A stretch of 64,000 nt of DNA, taken from positions 4,820 to 68,819 of the forward strand of contig JBBILB010000005.1 of assembly GCA_037445145.1 (NCBI GenBank), in the 5' to 3' direction. A program made the position numbers and the translations under genes. Of this stretch, positions 40,601 through 52,600 are shown piece by piece (position 1 is the stretch's first letter; each line of letters begins with the position of its first letter). The notes below the pieces were generated by a model. That model was not told the DNA's origin. It did no database searches and was given only the letters and a program-made list of their open reading frames with translations. This DNA is from Candidatus Woesearchaeota archaeon. Lineage in GTDB: Archaea; Nanobdellota; Nanobdellia; Woesearchaeales; ARS49.

Positions 40601-43600
40601 ACGAACTGCTTTGGAGGTATTGGCGCCAGTCCTGCTGCCTCAAGGACCCTTTCATCCTCGATGCCGTCGCCGTTCATGTCCATCAGTACCCAGCGCCTTC
40701 CGTTGACGTCAGTGTAGACCTGTCTGCCGAACTTGTCAGTTTCGCCTGTGGCCTCAAGCCCTTCCCTTACTAGGAGCTGGAAGTTCTTTGCGCGCACTGC
40801 ATTGTCCTTTAGTTCCTGCTCTGCTGCTGCAATTTGTTCCTTTATTGCTTCAATCTGTGCTCTTGTTTCTGCTGAAAGCCCTTCTTTCATTGCCTCGAAC
40901 GCGTCAATCGCGTCCTTGGCTGCTTTTGCCATTGCGTGCCTTCCGCCTGACTTTATTGCAGCCCTTATTGTTTGTGCTGCCCTGCGGGCTTCCTCAATCC
41001 TACGCAGTGCATTTTGTTGTTCAAGCTTGGGAATTTTGTCAGGCAGTATTATTGTTGGCAGCTGTGTTGGCGGCGCTGTTTCTGTGTATCCGTATTTGTC
41101 AGTCACCGTCTGCCTGTTGCCGTCTTTTGTCTGGCTGAATGCTCCAAGCCCTGTTTTTTTCATTGCCAGTCCTGTTGCTGCTGCTTCTTCTGCCTGTCTT
41201 ACCAGTCTGTCAAACAGGTCCTTGAGCTTTGTTGCCTTGTTTTCCTCAAAGAACTGCGGTGGTGCAAGGCATTCTTTTCCTTCCCTTACCCAGCAGCCGG
41301 GCACCATTGTTGTCTTCTCAACAACAAGGCCGGGAATTGTCAGTGATGGTTCCAGCGTGGTAATTCCTGTTTCTGCCCACCCACAATCCCTTATGCAGTC
41401 TTCCTTGCATATTTTTTCGCATTCTCCTTCAAGCCCGAAGAAGTCTGGGGACATAACGACACCGCTTGGCGCGCCTGCCCCATATGTTTCTGGTGTTCCT
41501 TCTCCCAGTGGAGGCTCTCCTTCGCCGCCTTTGTATTGTACATTTGTTGCTTGAGATTCTCCTGCAGCCTCGCGCAGCTGTTGCTCAGTCAATATGCCAA
41601 GACCCTGCATTCCTGTTATTGGCGCAACCAGTTTTCTGAGTGGCGCAATAATTGCGGCAGTTATTACATTGCCACCCGCCTCAGCCAAGGGGCATTTGAG
41701 GTACTGGCATACCACGTCCTCGTCCATCCATGCTGCAATGATCGCGTTGAATTCTTTGACTTTCTTGTTGTATTCCTCGCATTGCTTGAGCGCGTCAGCA
41801 AGTTCCTTTTCTTTTTGGGCGCTTGCGACTGCTGCCATCTTGTTCTTTATTGCTGCCCTGTTGCCCTGCAATGCCTGCTTGGTGTACTTGTGCGCCTCTT
41901 CTGCTGCTTTCTTTGCCTTGTCTGCTGCCTTCTTTGCAGGAGGCATTTCACCTGTCTTTGGGTCCGGTTTTGGCGGGTTCTCTTTTTCATCAGCATCATT
42001 TGCAGCAATGCTGCCTGCAAGGTCTTCCTGCATTTTGTTTACCTTCTTGCCAAGCTCTTTCCAGTCTATCTTGTCAAAGCCCTTGTAGAGGTTCCTGATC
42101 GCGCCCCTGTTTGCCTGGATGCTTTCCTCAAATGCCTTGCGTTTGTTCCTTGCTTTTTCAAACTCCTCAAGCGAAATAAGCCCTCTTTCAAACAGCTCTT
42201 TTTCCTGCGCCTCAATCGTTTTGAGCTCGTCATACTTGGCTTTCAGTGCAGGATTATCAGCTATTGTGATTTGCCTTTCAAGGGCTTGCCTTGCCTGTCT
42301 TGTGTTCTGCAAGTCAGCTGCTGACGCCTTGCCCTTGTAGAATGCTTCGTGCAGTGCTGATTCCTGCGCCTTTAGCATTTCGTACTCGCGCGCAAGGTTG
42401 TTCTTCAGTTCCAGAGCAGCATATGCTGCCTCGCCCTGTTCTGCAATTATTTTTTGCCTGTTCGAATAGAGTGAGAGAGAGTTTTGTGCAAGCCTGCTGC
42501 CTGCTTCTGCCTGTATTATGTTGCCGAGGAGAGTCATTGTTTCAAAGTTGTTGTCTATTAATTTCTCAAGCTCGTTTCCGAGCGTTTCAAGGCGTGCTGT
42601 GTCAATGTCTCCGAGCGGGCTCTTGTGCTTTTTCAGCGATTTAACAATACCCTGCAATGCTTCTGCGGAGTACATATTGCTCTTTATCGCGTCCATCAGC
42701 GTCCGCCCTGTTTTTTCATCAACAACCTGGTTGAAGAATTCCTGCAATTTTCCATATAGCTCTGCTGCAGGGTCTGGTGGAGTCTGCGGCCTTTCTCCTG
42801 GCTTTGGATTCCTCGTGACGAGCTCTGTTGGGAAATTGATTGACCTGATAGCTTTGAGTTCCTCTTCTGTCCAAGATATGTCTGCTCTCATGCAGGATGG
42901 CATTCCATCACTTGTGAGCTCCATTCCCTTCAGCTTTTCAAGGATTGATTTTTGTATGTCAGGGTCTATCTTGGAGAATTGCGCCTCAAGGTCTGATGTG
43001 TCATATCCTTCACCAAATCCTTGTCCTTTCTCCAGAACGTAGAGCGCTGCGATTGCCTTTTGTTTTTCAGTCAGCACCGGCTTTGGCGCAGGCATTGTGA
43101 AGTCATCGCTTAATGCCTTTTCCTGCAGGAAGTCCTGAACTTCAGGCGCCCCTTCCAGGCCTGTTGTTAAGCCGGCATTATCCTGCTTGCTTGTGAGTGT
43201 AAGCGCTTGTTGTTGGAGTGCTGTTGAGTATCCTGCTGCCTGCATGCGTTCCTTCAATACCTGCTGTTCATCAACTGGAGGAGTGCCTGATTCTGTTATT
43301 GCATATCCTGTTGTTTCAGGCAGTGTGTATGTTGGCTGTTGCGCTGTTATGCTTTGTTTTTGGGTTGTTGCAGTTATTGGTGTGCCGCCTGCTGTTGATG
43401 TTATTCCCTGTTGTGTCTGTCCTGCTGTTATCGTCGGCATCACGTATACGGGTGCCGTGCCAAATGCAGATGCTCCTGATATGCGCAGATGCTCTGCCTG
43501 GCTCAGGCGCTGCAGGTAGTCCTGTGCTTCCTGCCCAAGCCCTGCTTCACTTAAGCGGTCTGCATAGCCGCGCGCCTGTGAAATCAGGAGGTTGTCCATT

Positions 43601-46600
43601 GCGTTTTGTGTCTTGCCTTGGGCTGTATCAGAGAATGATGCGGGTTGTGCTTGCGGGGGCGGTGTTGGTTTTGCCTCTTCCTTTGGCGGCAATCCGCCTG
43701 GTGTTGCCTCAAGCATTTTTCCTGCGACAGCAGGGTTTTCGCTGTACTCGTCATGCCCTGTTGCGCTCTGGTGCCTTCCGCGCCCCAATCCGGTCTTGAG
43801 ATTATTAAGGCGGGCATCAAGCGCATTGTTGTATGTGTCTTTGGCAAGCTTTGCAATGTTAGCAGTTCCTGGCGCGCTTGTGGCAGTGTCAATAATTGAG
43901 TCTATGATTTGTTCGCCAAGTGTTGGCGCGTTCGGATCCCGGACTGCATAATCAATAAGTTCCTGCCTTGCCTTTTCTCCTTCAACAGGCGCCTCGAGTT
44001 CTGCAATGAGTTCTGCCTTTGCCTTTTGGACGAGCTGTGTTGACTGGAAGCTCTGGATGTCCTCAGCGGTGCCAGCAGCTTGCAGGATGTTATTCACGAG
44101 GATTGCTTTTGTTGCAAAGCTCGCGCCAGCAGGCGCAACTGTCTCAATTAGCTGGTTGACTGTTGATGTTGGCTCTGTGACAGGTATTGTTTCTGCTGTC
44201 TGCATTCCTGTAATGTCTGTTATTGCTGCTCCTGTCATTGGCGTGTACCACACTCCTTGCGGTGGGATAATTCCTGCCTGTTTTGCAATGTATTCTGTGT
44301 TGAAGCGCGTTTCCTGCATGTCGCTCCTGATTGTTTCTGCAGGCACTCCTCCTGCTGGCTGCCCGCCTTTGTTCTCGCTTGTTTCCTCGTAATCAACACG
44401 GTTCCACGTCCTGCCGTAAATCTCGGGCTTTGGCGGGGTGAACGTAACAGGTACTGCGCCTCCTGGCGGTATTTCTCCACCCGACGGTATTCCTCTTTCT
44501 GGCGGTATTCCCTCGCGTGGGAGTTCTTCAGGTGGCTGGAATTCTGGTGGCGCTTCCTCTTCTGGCGGCAGCAGTCCAGGCGCTTCTGGCGCTGCCGGCT
44601 GTCTTGGCATTCCTGCAGGCATTCCCCCTGGATATGTTATTTTGCGCAGGATTATTGCAGAATACTCGTCTTCCTGCGGTTGTTCGTTTGTTGTGTTCCT
44701 GCCGCGGTGCTTGTCAAGCGCTTCCTGGAGCTTTGCAGCAGACGTTTCAGAATCATACGTTGACATCATGTACAGGGTTATGTTGAAATCAATTGTTTCA
44801 ACAAAGGGGACTTCTGTGTAGTTCAGCTGCTCCCTGATTCCAATGCTTGGCATGAACAGCATATGCTCAATGTCAAGCAGAGTGTAATTTGCAGTGTATT
44901 TCCCGTCAGGATTAGTCCCGATTGCGCCCGGGAAGTCATATTCTGTCAGTTGTTTGCCTGCAACGACATAAACAGGCAGTCCTGCGCCACTGAACACAAC
45001 ATATCCAGAATCAGGATAGTAAACCGCGGCAGACACGACTGCATTTGCGCCTGGCATGAACAGTCCTTGCGTGTTGTTGTTGAGGTATTCAAGCAACAAT
45101 GGCGGGTATTCAAGAATGCTCTGCGCACTCACTGGGTCAAGAATTGTTTGTCCGCTCCTGTTCTGGACCCTGCCGGCGATGAGCTTTGTGACAATGTCGT
45201 GAATTATTGCCTTGATTCCTGCTGCTGTTGCTCCCTGGCCTGGGCTGTCTGCAGTGAGCATCAGGAATTTGCCGTTCTGCAATGATGCAGTAATTGCGAG
45301 GTCTCCGCCAAGCAACTGGTCAGGCATAAGCGTGTAAAGCACTGCAAGGTCTCCTCCTGCAGGCTTTGCCGGCTTAAGTGCGGCAGTCTGGCTCGCTGTT
45401 TCTGCATTGAGAATCATTTGTGCAGGGCTCTCACTGATTATGCTTGCGTACAATTCTGTTGCTTTTGCTGCCTGCTCGTGCAATGGCGACAGTCCGCGCT
45501 CTTCCTCAAATGCCTTGCGCGTTTCTGTCACATCCAGAGTCTTGTCTCTTGGCAGGTTGAAAATCACGCCGCCTGTTATTGGCATTATTGACAGTCTTAC
45601 GGGAGCTTTTTCTTCAGACTCAAGCTTCTTCGCAAGGAATTCCCCAACAGCCTGCCTTGCCAGAGTTGTGTTCTTTCCCCTGCCGTAAACTGATTCTGCA
45701 GCATCAATCAGCCTGTTCTCAAGCATTGATGCATTCTCAACAAGAACGTGCTTGAAGTCATTGCTGCGCTGTTCAGGCTTGCTGACCATTGGGGTTCCGC
45801 CGTCTTGGTCCGGCAACACGCCTGGCCTGCTTTCATACCTGACCCCGCCTCCGAGGGCGACAAGGTCAAGCTCTGCCTGTTCTGCAGGGAGCAGTATGTA
45901 ATCAAGCACCTCGCGGTCAAGCTTCTCAGTTCTTTCTGCTGTGGCAGGCAAACCTCCCTCCAAAGCAAGCACTGCCGGCGCCGTGGGGATTTCTGGCAGG
46001 TCATTTCCGGGTCCAAGAAGCAAAACTTCTGTGAGGAGCATCAGGTCGCCATAATGCACGTGCACAGGGCTTGGGAAGCTGTAAATTGCAGGCTTTTCTG
46101 TTAGCGGTTCCTGGCTTTCGGGTGTTTCTGCCTGTTCAACAAAGCCCGCGAACTCAGAGTTTTCAGATGCGATTTCAGGAGTTCGAGACCCAAACCTGAA
46201 CGTGCCTTCCTCGCCAGGCATAAGCCAGTAGCCATACGGTATTTGGTCAAGCCAGAGGTTTCCTCCTGCCTTGATGCGCAAAAGCTCATTTGTGAACACG
46301 TACATTCCTGTTCCGACGTTCTTTATGCGGACTGTTGCAGAGTTCTTGTCATAATCAAATCCTGCAATGACAATCTTGAGTGTTTCTATTGGCCGCGGGT
46401 CAAGGTTGTAGTGTGCAACATGGTCTATGACTCCAAGCGGGAACCCGCTGGCGCTCTTTTTCTCTTCCAGCGGCACGCCAAGGTCCATTACAACTCCTGA
46501 GCCTGCAAGCTCTGAACCGATTATTTCTGCACGGTGTTCAGGCATTATCACGTAAACATTGTTCTCGATTATGTCCTCTTCTGCAATTGCGCCTGTTATT

Positions 46601-49600
46601 TGCTGTCCGAATATGCTTCCTGCTTCCTGCATTCCGGCAAATCCTGCAAGCATCAGGACAAAGACAGCGCAAATGACGAAGAGCGGGTTTTTGTAATGCT
46701 TGACGTGGAAGTCAGTGAGGGCAAGGAGGACTCCTATGAAAATGAGAATTCCGTAGCCTATCAATGGTGGTATCCTGCACGTTGCGTGCATTGCAATGAA
46801 CGCTATCACAATTATTCCTGTTATTGCCAGCAGGGTTTTTGCTCCCCTGCCGTACTTGTGGCGTTTTGTTGCGCGCGAGGCATAAACAGCAGAGACTATC
46901 AGAAGTATGAATGCTGCAGGATACAGCAGCCATGGCGCAACCCTGCACGTGAAGAAGTACGTGACATCCACTGCGCAGTCGCTTGGACAGTTGACCTCAT
47001 TCTCGCCTTCCCCGCACACACCATTGCCACAATTGCACAACAACGGCGCTTCTGTTTCTGCCTCGCTTATGCGCCTGCCTGCAATGATGTACGCCCCGGG
47101 CACGCATTCTGCATTTATGTTGACTATCTTGTTGTAGCCGATGAGTGCCATGTCAGGGTGTGCATTTGCATATTCTTTTGCAACAATCCTTTCCATTATG
47201 CGGCGCGAGAGTGATGCGTCAATAAGGTCTGTGTGGGTCAAAGGCACTTCAAAGTAGTTGTTGCACATGTCTGTTATCTCGCTGTTCCCGACACTGCGCG
47301 CGCTGAGTGTGCTTATGATTCCGTCATTTGGCGTGTATTCACCGTTCTTTGTGAAAAGGTCCACGGTGAACTTGTACGGCTGCCGTCCTGCAATTACATA
47401 ATACTCAATGCCGGGTTTGCGCGGAACCTGTATTCCCTCAATTGCCGCCTTTAGCATTGATGCGTTCTGGCTGAACAGCATTGCAGTGCTCTTCAGGTTG
47501 AGCAGGAATGCGAACAATCTGCCATAAACTTCGGCTGTCGGGCTTCCAAGCCCCGGCTGTCCTGCAAAGACTGCGCGTTTTGCCTTTCGCACAAAGCCGT
47601 AATTGTTCTTTGCTCCGTAATCAAGCGCCAATTGAGCCTCTATTCCGCCCATTGAGTGCGTTATGAACACGAGCTGGTCGTATTCTGATGCATGCTGTTC
47701 AAGCTGTGATGCGAGCTCAGCTGCCGCTTCCTCAGGTGAGAGCGTGAGCGGGTATGAGAACAGCCACACCTGGAACGGCTGTTTTGTCTGGGCAAAGTCG
47801 TCAATGAGGAACTGCCAGCGCAGGTTGTCGGTTGTGATGCCGTGCACGAGCACAACTGCAGTTCGCTTTCCGTCAAGCATGCCGCCGTCATACACTTTCT
47901 CGAGCTTTGTCACAGGGCAGGTTGAGCAATAAATGCCTGCAAGCGCGAACAGCACATGGTACGTTCCATTCTCGTTGCGCGCAAGGAATGGTCTTATGTC
48001 CTCAACAACAGCAGAAATGCTGTCATTGCCCTGTTCTGTGTTTAGCTGCCTCCACGTGTTGCCTATTAGCACGTATACGCCGATGCTTTCAGGATCTATG
48101 AATTTGGGTATTGCAAGCGGGAAAGTGACTCTTACCATTCCTGATATTGGTTTGCTGAGGGAAACCAGCAGTGGCGTGCCGATTATGCGCGCGCTCGGGT
48201 TTGCCGGGTACGGCACGTCATTTGTCGGCATTGACAGGGAAACATTTGCAGTTCCTGTTGCCTGGCTGATGTCCACTGCATATCCTGAGGTTGCAAGAGA
48301 TACTGTTGTTTCGGGCGCTGTTACCGCCTGCTGTGTGAGTATGACTGGCATTTCGCGCAGGGCGTAGTATTCTCCGCGGCTTTGTGCAATCTGCTGGGCC
48401 CTTATTGCGCTTGATGACATTCCATTGCATTCTGGGTCAAAGCCTGTCTGCGATGGGACATCAGATGTGCTTCCTGCTGCCTGCAGGAATGCGCGTACGT
48501 CAATGAAATTGTCAGGAATGTTGATGCTAAGGTCAATCTTGCTGCCTTCTTCGCAGGTGGTGTTGAACGCCATTATTATTTCGTATCCTTCAGGCAGCTG
48601 GGAAGCATCAACTTCTCCTGCCGGCGCAACATCAGTCCCTTGTGAGGGGTCTGTGACTGTTTCGCAGAGCTGTTCTGGCTCAAGCACTGGCTCTGGCTCC
48701 TGTGTGGGTTCTGCCAATGGCGGCACTTCCTGTTCTGTTTCCTCAACCGGCATGGGTTCTGTTGGTTCTGGCATTTCAGGACCCTCTTCAGGAGGCTGTT
48801 CCGGCGGTGTTACCGGGTATTCTCTTGGTATTTCCCTGAATAGTTCTGCGTGGCCTGTCTGCGCAATGCGTATTTTGTCAATGTCAAGGTCTGGTGTTTG
48901 GGCAAACTGGGGAATCATTCGTGGAACTTCAAGCTCATACCCTCCAGAGCCAACCATGAAGTCTGGCATGATTCCAAATTCCTTGATGAATTCTTCATTT
49001 ATCATCACGACCTTTACCCCTCCTGGTTCGAGAGTGCTTGCCCCTGAGCTTGGGAACATGAACTTGAGCGTGCCAATGCTTGTTGAGGGCGTGATTGCTT
49101 TCTCGAGCTCTGGCGGGATTTCCTGCGTTGGAACTCCCTGCGCAGAAAATGCTGTGTCTATGGCTGTTGCAACATCTATGAGGGCTGTGTTGAAGTCAGT
49201 TGGGTGTGCTGACGCAATTATTTCGTCCGGCTTTGAAGTTTTTGCGTCGCTAAAGACAGGCATTATTGATGGCGCATCATCTGCCGGCGGCGGTCCTGTG
49301 AAGCTTACTGAGACCTTTGCTGATTCTTTGCCTAATTCAGCCACCTGCCAGGCGGTTATTCCAAGCAGTCCTGCGCGCACGTTTTTGTCGTCAAACCTTA
49401 TCATGCTTTCTGTGCTCATTGTGCCGTATGGTATCTTTGCGACCAATGGCATTTTCTTCATTGCCTCGCGGGCTGGCTCTGCGAGCTCGGGAATTTCTTC
49501 TGCGATTGCCTTGAGGTCTTCGGGGTCAAGCGAGCCCTTATCAGCAAGGATGTTCATTGCGTTTTCGCGCGCCTGCGGCGTTGCCTCTGGGTCATTCATT

Positions 49601-52600
49601 ATCTCAGAAAGCGCGGGCTCTACGCACGGGTCGTGGTTGTACCTTAGTGCAACAACAGCATTCCGCACTTGTTTCTCATTGCTGCTCTGCAACGCGCTCA
49701 GGTCGTTGCTTAATTCTGTGCTCATTGGCGCGTGAATTGTCTGCACCCCGCCGCCTTCTGTCAGGAAGTCCGCACTGCACACGTCAGGCGGCACGTAAGT
49801 GGAAATGCCGCTTCCTGTCTCAAAGCTGAACTTTCCTGGCGCTGACTTTCTTCCTGTTGTGCTCTTTATTCCTTCTGCGCTTACAGAATATGCCGTAAAG
49901 GGCCTGAGCGGTTCTGCCGGGGTGAAAATGATTAGGTTGTCCACCACAATGTATTCGCCCGGCACCAGTCCGTCTGGTCCTGTTACTGGCATTGTTGTTG
50001 ATGCAACGCTTGCCGTGTTTACATTGCTCGAGTACGCAATGAGTATTTGGGTTCTTGGCGGGATTCCTGTGTCTCCTGGTGCTGGCCATGTGCCGATTAT
50101 GTGCATGAATTCCTCATATGTGATTGGAGGTTCTTTTGGCAGGGCTGTTGTTTCAAAGTCTGCCTCAAAGCCCCAGCCGTCGCCAAGGTCCACTGCTTCC
50201 TCTGTGGGGTTGAATATTTCAATGAAGTTGTAGCCGATCTCGGTGATGAGCGGGTGGGGCTTGTGTGACTGCTCGTCAGGGCAGGGAGGGATGCACTTGC
50301 ATTTTTGGTAGTCGCACATTGTTGGCTCGCCGTACTTCATTGCGCACATTTCGTTTGCCAGCGCACGGGTTTCTGCAGTGCTGATGTCAGGCATTCCTCC
50401 CGGTATCCCTATTTCCACTGCGCCCTTATGCCTTGCATCGCATTCCTCCACTTCTGCCGAGACGCGCTGTGCAAGTGCTGGGTCTTCCTGCGCGAGCTTT
50501 GTGAGAGCGTCTTCTGTCTTTAGAACATCTTCCTTGAGCTTTGTCTTTTGGTTGCCTGTTATTTGCTGTGCAGGTGCAGCATAATTTGGTCCTTCTAATG
50601 CTGCAGGTCCTGTGATGAAATTGCCCTTTTGTTGTGCAAGAGGATTGCATGCAATGCAGTTAGATCGGAAGAGCGCTGTTTGTTCTTTGTACAAGGGGTG
50701 GACTGCGAGGCCAAGCATTGCCTTCCTTGCCTCTTCCCTTGCTTTTTCCTCGCGCTCAAGCCGCATTGCTTCTTCTGGCGTTACCGGCTGGTATGCTTGT
50801 TCTAGCTGGTCCGCTGTTTGTCCCGGCAGCCCCAGTGCAGCCCTGCTGGCGGCTATTATCTCGTCTGTCATTCTCTTTATTTCTTCCTGCATTATTTCGT
50901 GTTTTGCCTGGCTTTTGAGAGCTTCTATCTGGTGCAGTTCTGTTGGTTTTCCGTCGCCGCATTCAACGCGCTCTGCCTCTTCTTTTTCTTCCGGCTTGGG
51001 GCATGGGATGTTGTCAAGCGGGTCTAGCAAGGGGCATGCCTTGGGGCACCCACATAACGGCTCTGATGTTGTGGTTGTTGTTGTGGTTGTTGTCTTGCAG
51101 CACTTTGCATATGCAGAATCTGCCACCTGTTGCTCGACTGATTCAATGCTGCAGGGTCCTATCGGCGGGTTTCCTGGCCCGTATTCATCGCAATAAATGA
51201 GCTCATTATAAGGCTGGGTGAAGTCAACACCTTTTGGCGGTCCTTCATAGCACGACCATTGCTGCCAGCAGCTTCCCCCTCCACCTCCACCTCCTCCGCC
51301 TGTTGGTCCGCTGGTTGTTGTGGTCGTTGTAGTTGTTTCAGTAGTTGTTGTCGTGGTAGTGGTTGTTGTTTCTTCTGTTGTTGTGGTCGTTGTAGTTGTT
51401 TCAGTAGTTGTCGTGGTAGTGGTTGTGGTTGGTGGCTCTGGTGGCGGGTTGTCATAGTCGCTTGCCTGTCCTGCATCGTCAGGCATTTCCACATCATCGC
51501 CAAGCAGGTCTCCTTGTGGGCTGCTTTGGCTTCCTCCTGAGCCAGAATCTGCCTGTATGCTGAGCGGCTGTTCTTGTGCCTCAAGCCATGCTGGCTGTTC
51601 CTGTGTTACAGGCTCTTGCTCTGGAAGCTCCTGGAGTTCGCTGAATTTTCCCATCAGGACAAAAGTGCCTCCTGTGGTTGGGCTTGCAGTAGTTGTTGTT
51701 GTTTCTTCTGTTGTTGTGGTTGTTGTTTGTTCTGTTGTTGTCGTTGTAGTGGTTGTTGTTTCGCTGTTCTCAGATGATGTTGTTGTTGTCGTTGTTGGTT
51801 TTGGCTTGCTTCCTGGCTTTCCAACACCTGTTGAGCCGTTGAATACAGAATATCCGAACAGGCCGTTCTCGTCCTGTCCGCAAAGGGTGATGTTGTTTGT
51901 TGTGAGGTTTAGGAAGCGGGGCCATTCTATCCTGCCGTAAATAGTGTAAGTGATTCCTGCGTCCATTATTCCGTTGACGTGTGCTCTGGGAGCTCCGACA
52001 TATATGTCTGCAATGCTGTCATTGCTTATGTCGCGCGCAAATATGGATGTTCCTGCGCGCTCTCCAGGAGGCACTCCAAGCTCGTTGCCAAACACTCCGT
52101 AAAGCGTGACGTTTGCATTTGAGAGATTGATTGTACCTGTATTGTTGCCCCCAAAGACTATGTAGGCTGTTCCTGCGTCGCGCTTGTCAGGAGGCGCAAT
52201 GCCTCTTGGCGCTCCAATGAGGATGTCGCTTATGCTGTCATTGTTCACGTCTCCGCGCAGGTACATTGAGAATCCTGTAAGCGCGAGCGTGTTATTCAAG
52301 CCATTGACCTGAGGTTCGCCTTGCAATGTCAGGTTTGCTTCTGCAATAGTCCTGCTTCCAAATTCAGGACTGCCATAGAACACGTAAACCTTGCCAACTT
52401 TATATACGCCTGTGATGTTGGTTCCTGGCGCGCCAATTGCAAGGTCAAGCATTCCATCGCCATTGACGTCTCCTGTTGCGAGCGAGAACCCGAAGTATGC
52501 GCCTGCATCAGTGCCGTTGAATGTTGCGTTTGCGTCCTGTGACAAATTGATTTGGGAAGGCCATTCATTCCTTCCGAAAATCACGTCAACGCGTCCGCGC

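Noticed and set aside
32540-49735. Many long plus-strand ORFs antisense to the giant gene (e.g. 34919..36961 680 aa, 48425..49735 436 aa, 33767..34792 341 aa, 32540..33505 321 aa, 40733..41554, 41536..42324)
   Set aside because: All are Ser/Ala/Leu/Cys-rich low-complexity translations with no motifs. They are fully embedded opposite a frame that carries recognisable domains. This is the typical stop-poor antisense frame of a biased coding region.
51270-51810. Periodic GTTGTTGT/GGTGGTGG repeats considered as CRISPR-like or satellite DNA
   Set aside because: They are in frame within the giant ORF and encode poly-Thr/poly-Gly linkers. There is no repeat-spacer organisation.
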